Shown piece after piece: positions 29,029-42,500 of a stretch of DNA of 64,000 bases. The DNA lies in the NCBI GenBank assembly GCA_965202585.1, contig OZ241828.1:53630001-53694000 (forward strand), written 5' to 3'. The stretch comes from Thalia democratica (taxonomy: Eukaryota). The notes under the pieces were generated by a model. It searched no databases, had not been told where the DNA came from, and was given only the letters and a program-made list of their open reading frames with translations. Made by a program: the position numbers and the translations under genes. Every line of letters starts with the position of its first letter. Position 1 is the first letter of the stretch.

Positions 29029-30350
29029 GTAAATAAATGATAACTGAATACTTAAATATAATGATATACATTACTACATTATTTATCTTATAAGCTACTA
29101 AAAATAAAAATAAAGGTACATGACGCATCTTTTTCAAACAAAATAACCTTGTAAATACTGCTACGACATTACAAATTTATTAAGCCGTGTTTGTTTTGCT
29201 TAGCAGTAACACAAAACGAACTTTTTTAATCAATGAGACATAAAAATGTTTTTGTGCTTTTTTCGCTACATGATATAATTCAATTAATTTAAATATTTTT
29301 TAAAGGACGAAAAACAGCAAATTCTCAAATTAAGATAAATTAACAGCGAAAATTATTCAGGGAAACAGCAAAGTAAATAGCTGAACTTTTTATGAGCTAC
29401 ATAATGCCTTTGCGAAAGACTATCAATCTGTGCTGACTTTTAATTAATAGCAAAAGCTTGCGGTTTTGCCTTGCAGATAAATAGAATGTTTTTCAAAAAA
29501 TGATTAAAGCGCGCATTTCTTTATTTTCATATTTTTTCATACAACTACCATGCTTAATTATATTAGCGTAGCACCTAATGTTTAGACCATATGAGTGCAG
29601 AGAAAATAATAGAGGCTTTCAATTTATTACTCTTAAGGCAAACATTTTAACATGCCAACAGTGTATGATGGATTGAGCAATGAAACTTGAAGGAGTTGAT
29701 TATTTACGCAATTATTCAGATTATTTTGTGTTTCTTATCTTTGCATCTCCTGCTGGGGTTTAACAAATGCTTGTAATCTACTTTGGAACTTCAATTTAAA
29801 TGTAATTTCTTCATTAAAAGTTAAAGTTGACATCATATATATTTTTGTAAAATTTCACAAACCATATAAATATTTTTTAAGATCTCACAATTAAATTCAC
29901 AGTTTTTGAATTAGTATTATAGGCTATTTACGAAGCAGAGTAATTTACAGCCCGTAAATGTTTTTAATAAATGAATAATTCATGCAAGCTGCTGATACCC
30001 ACTTAATAATTCACCGCACTCAACAAAACTGGCAAGCACCAGCTTTTAGATTTTTGTTCCAACAAAGTAGTTGTTTGGGTCAGCGTTCTCAACTTGTTTT
30101 CACATTGATTTAAAAGGTCATCAAAATCCCTCTCCTTCGCCATTGAGAGTGTAGCTTACAACAAGTTTTAACGTTACAACATTGTTTTGGGCATGAAACG
30201 TTCTGTTGAACTTTAAAACAAGTATATGCAACGTTAAGTCGAAAAAAAGAGTGTTGCGTAACTTTAATTGGTATTTGTCGTTAATTTTTAAGGTTTAATA
30301 CAAACAAAATTAAAATTTAAAAATAATAATTGTTTTATAACTATAAACAG

Positions 30351-30579
30351 CCCAAACAGCATCAGCCTACAGCCAGCAAAAGTACTACTGTGACCAGTCC
30401 GAAGTTCTGATAGACTGCCAGACGTACAGACCCAACCACCGCTTGTCAATTTCAAGGGCAGAATACGGAGGATCCCAACTCAGTTGTAACAAATTGTCAC
30501 ACAACCAAGGAATTAGTGGACTGAGAGACATGAGCTGTTCGCTGCCGTCTGACAAGGTCCTTCATAAAGTGAAAGCAAT
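30351..30579 (+). CDS. ADGRL: Exon: end of signal peptide and N-half of SUEL/Gal-lectin domain
   Basis: aaacag acceptor, gtgagt donor; QTASAYSQQKYYCDQSEVLIDC..AEYGGSQLSC..MSCSLP; phase 1 to 2. Confidence 0.9.
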
Positions 30580-33500
30580 GTGAGTTTGTGAAGTTATTTT
30601 AAATACTTGAAAAAATGTATTTTTAGACACAATGAACTTTATAACTACTTTTATCGTTTTTAGCGGAAAAGATCCTTTTTAATTTAAGTAAAAATACCTC
30701 GGCAGTAGAAACATGAAAGCGCTTAGTTTGACATGTCAAAAAAAAGTGCGTAAATGCAAAGTAAACTGCCCATTCAATTGCGTTAGTTGAGAAATTACTC
30801 TTGCACAAACGCCCAAAATTTATATCTCTTGTTTCGCTCAAACTTTCGATGGCAGTTTTTTCAGAAAAAACACAAGTCGTTTACATGCCGCTAAAGTAAA
30901 ACCAGCAAACCACTCTCAATTAAGCCGATCTGCGCAGATTGCTTGTATTATCCAAACTTCAACGCTCAAAGTCACATAGCAAAGGGGAGATTGTGTACAC
31001 AGCAGTATGTAGTTTTTGTGTTTCACAGCACACGGATTTTAAAGAAAAGTTTTCTAGAACGGCGCTTTAGTAGATTACAGTTTTATACTCTTTGTTTTCG
31101 ATACTCGCGCTAGTACTCCGTCTCATTTACCCGCTGTTGTGTTTGTTTGTCCACGGCGCAAATCGGTGTTGTGATAGATCGAAAGCAGCGGGGGGATAAA
31201 GATAGAGGGTATTTGCGAGGAACCTAAATATAAATAAATATGTGTATATGTGTTGTGATCGAGAGTGCGTGTCCCAAACAGGTTTATCGTGTTTCGACTG
31301 CAAACAACAGGCAGCGGAGTTCGTGACGATTCAGAGCGGATTTGCATGAGAACATGCCTCTTAGAACCTCGCTCTCTTGTTTAATAATCTCCGTTTTCAG
31401 CAGTCGCTTTTTGCGTTTTTTAGCCTTTTCGCGTAGTATATCAAAATCGCGCTGTTACTGCTGAAAAATATTTCTTAATAATCTCGCTATCAAACTAGCG
31501 ACGACTGATCTGCAGATAAGAGCAGAGGCGAGACATTAATGTTATTAAATTTTCGCATGCCATCAGCGCGCGGCTTGGCTGCGAGCGATTTTACTTATTC
31601 GGCATCCTACTTTTTTTTGAGCAGTAGCTTTTCTGCTGAATTTTTCTCAAAATTTACTAGCACCTCTGTTTAACGACTTATTAACTTTATTGAACACACA
31701 AATTGCCGTTTAAGCGCCGAGGTTATCCGTGTTTAGATGTTATCTGTGTTTACGCGAGAGTTGTAACTTGGTGTTTTGATAACACGGCCACACATGGCTC
31801 GTATTTATTTGTACAACTTGCTGCAGGTGCGACGGCAACGCTTACTGCAAGTTCGAGGTGTCGGGCTCCCTGTTCGAAGACGGAAACGCTTGCTTCAACA
31901 CGGAAGGAAAGTTCCTCAACCTCGTGTACGAGTGCAAGCCCCTGGGTGAGTTGTTTTAAACTTTTTGATATTTATTTTTCACAATGCTACAACAAAGAGC
32001 TAAAGCTTGCGTGTGATAGCCAATTATAAAGCTTTAACCCTTGAGCGGCAATTTGATAAAACAGCCAACTTCTGACGACTGCTTACATTCTGGTGATTAT
32101 GACGTCACATGCGCGGTAGAAGTCCATTTAGGTGTTGGGTTACGCGAGATTACGGCTTGTTATGGCGCATGTGCCAAGTTTATTATATTTTTCACCTCTA
32201 TCTGAGTGTGTGAGCGAGAATTGGTCAAATTAGAAACACGACACCGCGCAAAGGTGCATCAGACGCCCATTTGCCACCGTAGAGCAGGTTGAAGTCGACG
32301 GCAAATTTCGCTGATTACCACGTCATAATGGCTGCGACCGGCGGCAACTTATGCGACGCTTTGATATGGAGACTTTGGTAGAAGTTTAGTCAAGTTTTTC
32401 TTTTTATACAAAAATTCGTTTTGAGTGCGCTTTCAAACGCAGACTTTTCCTTTCAAGGCTGAGCGGGCTGTGGGATTGTGTGCTTTTGCTACAATAACAC
32501 TGAACGAGTATAAAAACATGCGCATAGTTTTGTGCTTCTTAAAAGTTATTTTTGTACAAGCTCTGAGACTCACCTTTTGTAAATTTTCTGTTTAGTTGTA
32601 ATTTGGTTGTAATTTTTGGGGTTAAAAGTAACTTGTTTTTAATGATTCTAGTAAAGTATTTTTAAAAATTTTTCATTAGAAAAAAAATACAAAAAAAGTT
32701 CATTTCTAAAAAAAATAGTATTTAATTAAGCTTATAGATATACAAAAAAAAATATTTTAAGAGTAATAAAATACCGTTTAAAGGTATAAGTTTTATAACA
32801 TTTATAACAAAATTGAGTTGTTTCTTTAAGTTATATAAGTAAACTGAACTTTTTTACTGCAAAAATAGTTTTATACTCCTTACGTTTTTAAAGCATCAAA
32901 GTCATACAACTTTATCATTATTTGTTTATAATAAAGTTTTATCTCTTTAATGTATAAAATGTCAAGCTTGTTTAACCTTAGGTTAATTCAGTGCACATTA
33001 AAAAGATACTTTTTCCTCTCAGAAATATGTTCAATTGAATAATGCTAATTGAGTTATGAGATTCGCCAAATTCACAAATTATTTTCACTGGTCTACTTCA
33101 CAGCTGTCCAGGTCATTTCCTTCTTTGTTACGTCATAATAACATAAATTTGTTTCCTTTCTCATGTTACAATTGCCTTTTTGAGTGGCAGTGTCTTTTTC
33201 AAAAGATAAATTATATTTCAGTATACTTTTAAAGTAAATATCTATTTGTAAATGTTTTTTTCAAATCGCGACTCTCGTATAAGACGTATCTGTTTTTTAC
33301 TACTTTCTTTGATGTCTACTTTTTATGTGGTTAAAATACCTTTTCATTATTTTTTAGGCTTTTCTAGCACAGTTAAAGTTTTTAGGTTGTCTACTTAAGA
33401 TCATGAGTGGCTTACTCATAAATGACGTGTATAACTGTAGCACAGCTTCTAGTTATAAGTTGAATTACTGTGCTTAAAGTTTATACAACAACAATAGTCA

Positions 33501-36500
33501 AAACAATGCACTAATAAAAGCAGCATTACCTAAAACCTGTTTGAACATTTTAATTAAAGATTTTGTTTTAACGGTAATTTGGTATAAAGAACGTTCGTTG
33601 CTAATTATAGATTCTTTTTCGCAGTCTATTGTCCAACTAAATCTCGGATTACTGAAAGCCTAATTCAAAGCAAAGAAGAGACTCACTGTAGAGACCCATA
33701 CACAAAGTTAAATTGTCTGCGCGACTTAACCCGATCGTTTGCTTAAAGCAACGAGCTCGAAACGAAAAGTTTAATCTTTCCATTGTGACGTCATAATTCG
33801 AAGCATTGAAGCGCTGACGTTGAATTTCGACATTGCGACATCAAAGAACGATGGGCCGCGGTGCTGTGTGTCGGTCCGTCTAAATGACATTGTTGCCGGG
33901 TGCACTTTTTCATCGTTGTTTTGTTTTTACAAATGCCGTTTGCGCACCTGAAGAAAATAGTTTGTGTAGCATTGTCACAAACACTTACACGTGTTTGCCC
34001 TGTTGCCTGCCACGATGCTATCTGCTGGCATGATAAAGCTAAGCGGATAATTGTCACCGTTGTTTCAATGCTTATGCGCGAAAGATAGCGATCTAATCAG
34101 TTTAACAAATTTTTTATTATTCTGTTAATATAGACTTAGTAAGTTTTAGCTTCTTTCAATTAAATACGTACAAAATTAAGAGGTTTTTATTTATATTTTT
34201 TGTGTTTGCAAAGACTTGACTGACCTTCAGTTTTCCTAATAGTTGAGATAGGTTTATACCATTAAAGTTTTTGAAATGCTGTTGTTTTTATACGTTTTTA
34301 TTTTGATTTGTTACCACAAATAAAGCCAGCGTCAATTCACCTATTTGTAAAAAAATAATACTTTGTTACCAAAACTTCAAAACCACCATCAACGTGTAGT
34401 TATTAGCACAGAAATAAAAAGGCAGCTGTATTTACGAACGTAACAGATCTCTCAGGTAGCCGACAAAAAACGATGTATCGCTGTTGACACCGGTTGAACG
34501 GCAACAACGCATGCACAACTTAACTTATTGATTTGTTTCCAATTCAATCGCGTCAATCAAAATCGTCCGTCATCACTGTAGTACCTTTCCGTGTCAAAGC
34601 ATTCTACTTGGTGTCACTGAAACGCGTAAAACAAGAGATTTTAAAGCTGATACCGCTGCTGTACGGTTGCAAACATGCTTCTTTCCTCGTTAATATGCGC
34701 GGCAGGCTGTCTGTTATTGGCGCTGACACAATATGGTGCAGTTTTGTCGCGTTTGTTTGTTGAAGTGACCTCCGTGCGCGCCATATGCGTCCCGGACGAG
34801 CTTACCTGCGCCCGCGTGCTTCGCCAGTCGCGAGCCGATCTGTCCGGACGTGAACTCGACTCACCTGTCCTACATCTGGCGTGGCACGTCTCACGTGGGC
34901 CGAGATGACCTTCGCTTTCCCTTTCAAGTTGTCAGAAGCGGCGCAACCTGCGCTAATACAGCCAATTTATTTTGATTTTGATCGAAATCTTGCTGTTTGT
35001 CCACTTAAAAGTTTACAGCGACGTCGCAATCAACACCGGCCGGCGATTAAAAGCTTGTAACGCGCAAATTGGCAATTAAATAAGTTTAGTCTAATATTTG
35101 CTGGTAATAAGTGTAGACGCCTCTTTTTTGGTTTTAGTTTTATTTTGTTTTCTGTTTTCAAAGCATGAGAAAGTTTTCAGTCGCAAAGTTGTAAAAACAC
35201 ACACTCGAGCTTTTCCTGCTTTTAAGCTTTATGACTCTCGAAGCACATTATACAATTTGAAATTTTGCTCAATTCCTTTAAAGTTTCATCATGCATTGTT
35301 ATTAATTTTTACTGTCGCTTTAACTGCCTTTTGAAGAAGCTTTTAGTTTTAAAACTTTTGAAAGCATAATTGTTTCTAAACTGTTTTTTACTACTTGAAA
35401 CTTCATGTTAGTCGCTTCAGGGGAAAACGGCAACGTATTTACAAGTCTGTGTTTTTATACGTGTATCATAAAATTTCCTCTCATTCTTAAAATACAAAAA
35501 CAAACTATTTACAATTAGACCAGTTGCTGTTTCGGTTACTGCTGGTTTTGATTAAAAAAATTAAAGTTTTTGCTTTATTATTACTGGAGGCAAAACACAG
35601 TGTGATTTTGTTGGCTTTGTGAGCGCACAATGAGAAGAAAGATCACAGGCTCAACAACGCATACACAAAATAATGCTCAAGTACATTATGAGTAATAAGA
35701 AGGCAGAATAAGAAGGACATCGAGGTCCGTGGAGTGGTGCTTAACGGCAGCGTTTAATACAGCCCTCGTTTAACGGCTAAATCTTGAAAAGCTTAAATTT
35801 GTGTTTTGAATTAGTTTTTGTTTTGAAAAACACGAACGAGCTACCATTTTTAAACGATTTTTTTGGAAATTAATTTTACTCTAAGCGCACCTGCTTTCAA
35901 AGGAGATTAGTTTGTACTTTTGTAAAGTTTTGAGCAGATTTACTAGCTGGGTTTACATAGATTGTAAAACAAATGTTTATGTTTAGTGTTTGTAAAATGC
36001 GACCAAGTTAAGTTAAAATTTGTAACAAACTGTTTTTTGAAAAAATAGCATGCATGTATATTATCTGTATTAAAAACTTATAACTACATATTGACTTTTT
36101 TTTAGACCAAAAAATTATTTTTCTGAAATTGCTACTGATAAGTTTTATCTGTTTAAAAATATTTTTATTTAAACTTTTATGTTTCAACAGAGCCATGTAA
36201 CGAAGGAATCCGTTCCATTGATAAACTAGACACTTTTCTTGTTGTTGACCGAGACAATAACAGAATACACAACCCAGGCATGTGGATGAAAGACCCCGAA
36301 GTCGATAATAACGAAATGAAAGACACCAAGTAAGCAAAAAATAAACTAATTAAAAATAAAGACTAAAGTTAAATAAATTTTCAAATAATCACTAGTTTTG
36401 TTTAACTTGAATCAAGCAAAAAAAATATTTTTGAAAAAACAAAAAAACTTTTTTCTTTATGTTTGTTGTTGATTATTTTGCTTACATCTCTGTTAACTGC

Positions 36501-39500
36501 TGCCAATACACTTTAAAAGTTAAGCGAAACAACCGATTTTGCTCGCCTATTTCATTAAAATAGCATTAAATTCGAAAAACTAGCAAGTCCTTAAAGACCC
36601 TGAAACCGCATTTCGTTGCAGTGAGATTTTATCTTTTCGTTTTTGTTTTGCTGAAGCGCAACGTGTTGTTGTGTTATGAAACGGCTTCCCGGCTGCTTTG
36701 CACCCAAACAACTTGCATCCCCACCGCATGTGTTTTGCACTGCTAATCCCGAATAAGTTAATGGCAGGTCACGTCTTTTGCAATAGCGCCTGGACGAGTT
36801 TTAATTAGATTTTTTTGTTGTCTCTCTTTCGCGCAGAGATTATCCACTTAGCACCTTGCTCGCAGTGTGGTGGTGTGTCAAACTGGAAGAAACTTGTGTT
36901 TCGGTGTCTGGATGAACATTGAAAACTCTTGTAACCTGACGTTAATACTTTTATTAAAATAAGGGGAGTTTCTAGCGCTTTGCTAGTTTAAAGTTGAAAC
37001 AAGTGAAACTGTGAAAGTAGAAGTTTTGACACATGCTAGCGTGTAATGCTTTGTTTTATGCTTTCAAAACTGTCGCGACAGTCTTAAAACATATATATGT
37101 ATTTTTCAAGTTAAACTTTTTCAAAGTATAAGCTACTGAAGATCAAGGGTATATTGAACTTTGAAACGTGAATGACATCTTTATTTAAAGTTGTTGGCGG
37201 TTGAAACAACATATGACTCTTTAGCATTGTCTTATTGAATTTCGGAACTTAAAATAAGCTAGAATGATTGACAAGTAGCGTATTTAGTTAAGCATTTTAA
37301 ATAATTCATTAATATTTAATCTAAAAATTGCCTACCTGTGAAGAAAGTAGTCATTTCCGTATGCTTGTTCTATGCTGTTCTGAAAATTGATTATTCGCCA
37401 GTTATGAATTCACTATAAGCGACTAATTGATGTAAGGCTTTATGAAATAATAATTTCAATACCCTTAAGCGGCAAGAATATTGCATTAAATTTGAAAAAA
37501 TGCGACTCTTTTAGTAACTTTGGCCAAATAACCTCTTATAGACTGGCATCATTAATTGACATTAATAACTGCACGCTTATAAAGCTTTTGGTTAAATTTA
37601 GATAAAATTTACCAGCTTTTAATTTAATCAATAGTTCGTCGAAAAGTAAGTTTCAATATTAAAAATTTCACAGCTACATTTACTTTCTGCAATACAACAA
37701 CGGCCTGGAGAACTTGTGGGTTTACGACAACATTCACGATTTGACGACGGGCGAAGTGACGACATTTCAAAACATCCCCACAAGTCCCGGCCCCGACGGA
37801 ACCGGAATGGTCGTCATCGGGAATGATCTCTACTACAACAAGGTTCGTTTGTTGGTTTTTTAAAATGTGTGATTTCAACTAGTGTGCAAAATACCTGCTT
37901 CAAAAAATTGATTTGTTTGAGTTACAATTCGGTACATCACAGTACTAATTTAAAATTTAACTAAAACAACTTCTCGTTGACCAAAATGCGCAGAGCATTC
38001 GGCTTGTTGCATTATAAAATTGAAATAAAAGTTTACGGATGACTTTCTGAGGGGGATCTCATCACAGCGGGTCACGTATTTCGCGTGAAATCAGGGTTGG
38101 GCATCCTTCATGTGGATTATGACACTGCGTTTATTAATCACTGCAACTTTAAGCACTTTTTGAGCTAACTCGTCTTTACCTGGCTAATTTATCGCGCACG
38201 CAAACTATGTGCAAAAAGTAATTATTAGCTCACAGAGCGGCCGTGCACAGTTTGTATCTTTATGAAAACATCTAGTGCTTAATGTGCCAGATAATCAAGC
38301 TTTAATTTGCAGCATGTACTTGAAGATTTTTTCTAATTTTAACAGGGCTAATTTTCGCATAATTCGCCGACGCGACAAGTTTTTAAAAGCTAATTATTTG
38401 GGTAAAATTGTTTATCTACAAAGTTGACAATATGAAATTTATAAACGATTTCACAGTAGTTAGTGTTATTATGATAGCATCTGTATAAACTGGCACACAA
38501 TTTTTGGTAATAAGTTTATTATTATAATTTTTTTAACATATGAATATTTTTATTGCATATAAGCGTTAAATGACTAAATTTTTAATTCAACAGAAACGCA
38601 CGAGAACAATCTCCAGGTTCAGGTTAGGGGGCGACCCTAACAACGGAGTGTCTAGGGATCTTTTCAAGGCGAACTACGGGAACACGAGCCCCTACTACCC
38701 CATGGTCAGCACCGACATCGACTTCAACGTGGACGAGACCGGTCTGTGGGTCATTTACGCCACCGAGGAAAACAACGGGAATATTGTTTTGAGCAAGTGA
38801 GTTAATACCGTGAACTGAAAAAAAATATTGCAGAAAATGTTTGACTGAATTAAAAGGCTTTTTTTTTTAGTTATATAGAGAAAGTAAATAATTGTTAATG
38901 AGTTTGTCGTACAATATAAATGTTTAAAAAACTAAAATTTGATATTTGATAAAAAGTTTATAATTAGTGTGTGAAAAACTACAAAAAAAGCTTGAAAATT
39001 TTGAAAATATAGTTAAGACTGAAAGTATTTAGCCGCGGCTTTTCAAACAAAAAAATTGTCAAAATCAAAGAAAAGTTCACGCTTTATGTAGTAAGAAGCG
39101 TAGGTAACAAATTTCCAATTTCTTTTATTTAGTTTTTTCGCTTGACATTTCACTGCTATATATGACTAATGCAAGAGGATTGTTTTGCCTGAAAAACTTT
39201 TAACGCACACATTTCGGCTAATAAAACTTATAAACTTTCCACTTCAAGGCTTTGTTTGTTGCAACTTTGACAGGTAGAAGAGTCGCTTTCCCACAAGCAA
39301 CTGCAAATTAAATTCGAAAATTCATCGCTTTTGTCTTTTGTCGAATGCACAGAGCGTTCGCAAAGCAGCTCGCTCGACACCAAACTTGAATTAAATTAAT
39401 TGAGCAGCAGCTTTTGTGTATTTAGTTGTGTGTACAAGCGTTTTCAGTTGAGAGCTGCCCCAGCCTTTTTAAAATGTTAAACAGTTTTGATAGCAGTCGT

Positions 39501-42500
39501 AATCTCGTGTTGACAAAACATTTTCGGCTTTTATCTTATCGAGCAACGTGAAAAAGTTGAAGTGCTTTGCTGATAAAGATGTTTGGTATGAAAATGCGAC
39601 TTAATTTTATGAGATACACTGCTACCGTAAACTAACTTGTTTGTGCGAAAACACGACTTCAATTATTACGCAATGTATACTTTTTCTGTTATTTTCCTAC
39701 CTTGTCTTTTGCTTTTTACAAAAAAGCAATTTCAAAAAAATACTTTGTAAAAAAATAATCTGCGAAGAAAAACAAACCGTAAAAACAAACAAAAAATACA
39801 CTGTTTAAAAGCTTTTATCTGTTTCGAGACGTTACAAGTACATATGTCTCTGTTCGGGTGTTAAACAAACACTATTATTTGTTGTTTTTAACATTAAAAC
39901 CCAAGACAAAGTTTAACTTCAGTTTTCTTAGCAGCAAAACTTTTATTGAGTAATAGTAAAAGTTTTCGATACAAACCCGTTAAACTCTGTATGAATTGTT
40001 TTCTACTGCAAAAGTGGATATTTTAAACAACAACATCAAAATAAACAAAGAGCGTTTGTAGAGAAAAGTAAAACAGGGGCATACTAAAAAATTAAATTCA
40101 TGGTTGTTAGGAGCTCCGATCAAAGATAATGTGATATTTTGATTTGTTTGTTTGATTATAAAATATGTAGGATACTGAATTTTATACGCTTAATGTTTGG
40201 CACCAAACTCTGAAGTCGCTTGTATGTTTTCCAAAAGCGAAAATATTTTTCTGAAGAGAGCACCATGCCGCTGAAGCAATTACGTCAATAAACATCGAGG
40301 ATTCAGTTTCAGGACGCTTGCGATAAAGTTTCGCACAAGCTGAAACGGTTTGAATAGTTTCAAGACTTTCTAGAAAAAAAAAATTGGCAGCCTTGTACAC
40401 ACTATGATCAATAATCGAGTTTAATCGAGTTTTAATTGCAATCACTCTTGTAATGTCTTATCAGAAAAACGCTCTAAATTGATTTGGCTACCGCACCACG
40501 TCACAGAACATGCCACTGACGTTTGCTTGGCACATCCGCTGAAAATGATTCTATACCGGGCTTGTCCAATCGAATTATCGCAGCGCTTATCTATCAGCGA
40601 TCCTTTCTATTGATTATTTGTGTGTGTTTGCGCGCGAATCGAACAAAACTGCAAGGATTTTGAGGTTTTAATTTAGCACGGCTCCTTGAGTTTGTTTTCG
40701 TCTGGAAAGTGAAACGAGTTTAAATTTGAAAAACTTCATTCAAACAGACAGCTGTTCACAACTGAGTGCTGCAGACTTTTTGGGCGACACTTAAAAGTGC
40801 TTGAGACTTTGGCTTTTCCCGTTTCTAAACTTTCCCGTTTTTTTCAGGATTGACAGGAACGACCTGAGCATCGAGGAGTCGCACAACACTCCTTACGACA
40901 AGATGGCAGCTCTGAACGCGTTCATGGCCTGCGGGGTCATGTATGTGGTGAATGGGACTTCCCTGAAAATCGACTACATGTACAACACCACCACTTCGCA
41001 AGGAAAAAGGGTGAGTTTTAGATATACATACACATTTTTAGATATTTTTTTGTGTTTAGTGTTTTATTTATTTTCAATAAAATGTTTGTCTCAAGGTGTT
41101 AAGTAAATAAATTATTTACTATCACATGCTACAAACAGGTGAACATCGACGTTCCTGGTGTTTTAAACACGACAACGTCCATCAAGTACAGCTACTACAA
41201 CCACCAGTTGTACGTGTTTGAAAGCAACGGCTACGCCACCCTCTACCAAGTCAACTACAACCACAACGAAGACGACACACCAACCATAACAACCAGCACT
41301 CAAGCGAAACCCGATCCGACCCGAAACCCAATAAAAACATCCACTAAACTTGGTTAGTTATACTAAAAACTTTCAAAGTAAAAACATAATGCGTAATCCA
41401 TGGAATAACCTTATATTTTTGAGCACAAGCGCTAATTTAAACAAAGTTTGCTTTAAAAGTTCAAATTCGAGTAAAAGCCTTCTCAAATGTGTTGTTTCAC
41501 AACAATCGCCAGAGCAAACACGGCAGGTCGACCAATTCGCTCTCCATCATTCTACAAACCGTTTGTTCCTCAAGTGCCCGCGACCCTTCCTCCCTAATTC
41601 ACGGCAAACAAAGCAGGGTATTATGACGTCACAATTAGCCGCTGATTAGCCATCGCACTCGAGTGTATTCTTGTCGCGCCGTTCTTTTTTATGTTTTCCT
41701 AATGCTCGCTCTCTCAGCTGTGTTGCCGACCCGCACACGGGCCAGCCACCCCAGTTTTCGGAAAAATCCTTGAAAACTTGGCAGTTTTGTCGACTTTTCG
41801 CCAAAATGCGTATTGGCGGTACTTGAGAAACGAGCGGTAATTTTTCAAGTTTAAAAGCGCTTTTGTGTGCTTTTTGACATGAAATAAAAAAACGTTGTGC
41901 GAAAAGTTTGACTTTTTATACATGTTAAGCGAAAACTTTAGGTGAACTTAGTCCCATGAGATTGATGCTACGGAAATGTATAGATTTTTATAAAATGTTA
42001 AATAAAGTTTTTGTTTATAGTTTAAGCTTAATCCCCCCTGAACAAAAAAACATACGAGTTTAAACATTTTTAAAATATACTTTGTTCTTTGTTTTTTTGT
42101 GATAAAAAAGGACTTTAAACTAATATTGCAGGATGTGCTTAAAACGCTGTCTTAATTTGAATTTAATACCTGTCTATTTTATTACAGTAAGTTATTAAAG
42201 TTAATTGCCGCGTTTTGGCTAGGCTTGAAATAAAAAAAAATTGAAAATTGTTAAAAATAGTTATATATATAAAACATAAAAACACTCTTTACTTAATAAC
42301 TTACATTACATTTTTTTATTTTTGAAATTGGCTTAACAACTTAATATAATTTATTTACTTATAGATATTGAACATCCTTTGTATTGCAAACCTGTGAGCT
42401 CACAAGGATTTGAATGGGAGAGAGTTGAGACCGGCCAGTCTGCGACGGTTGCTTGTCCAGGTAAAAAATTGAAGAATTGTAAATTTATTAAAAAAAAAAA

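Noticed and set aside
29720-29772. Alternative signal-peptide exon (LFCVSYLCISCWGLTNA) paired with ATG at 27537
   Set aside because: Phase-compatible but a weaker hydrophobic core, weak gtaatc donor and poor start context; 28989-29028 fits better. Not fully excluded.
34134-34138. 5-nt segment with perfect gtaagt donor in the lectin-OLF intron
   Set aside because: Frame-breaking, and no compensating partner exon found.
37635-37645. 11-nt microexon-like segment (atag|ttcgtcgaaaa|gtaagt)
   Set aside because: Not a multiple of 3, leaves only a 28-nt intron, and every inclusion model frameshifts or hits TAA.
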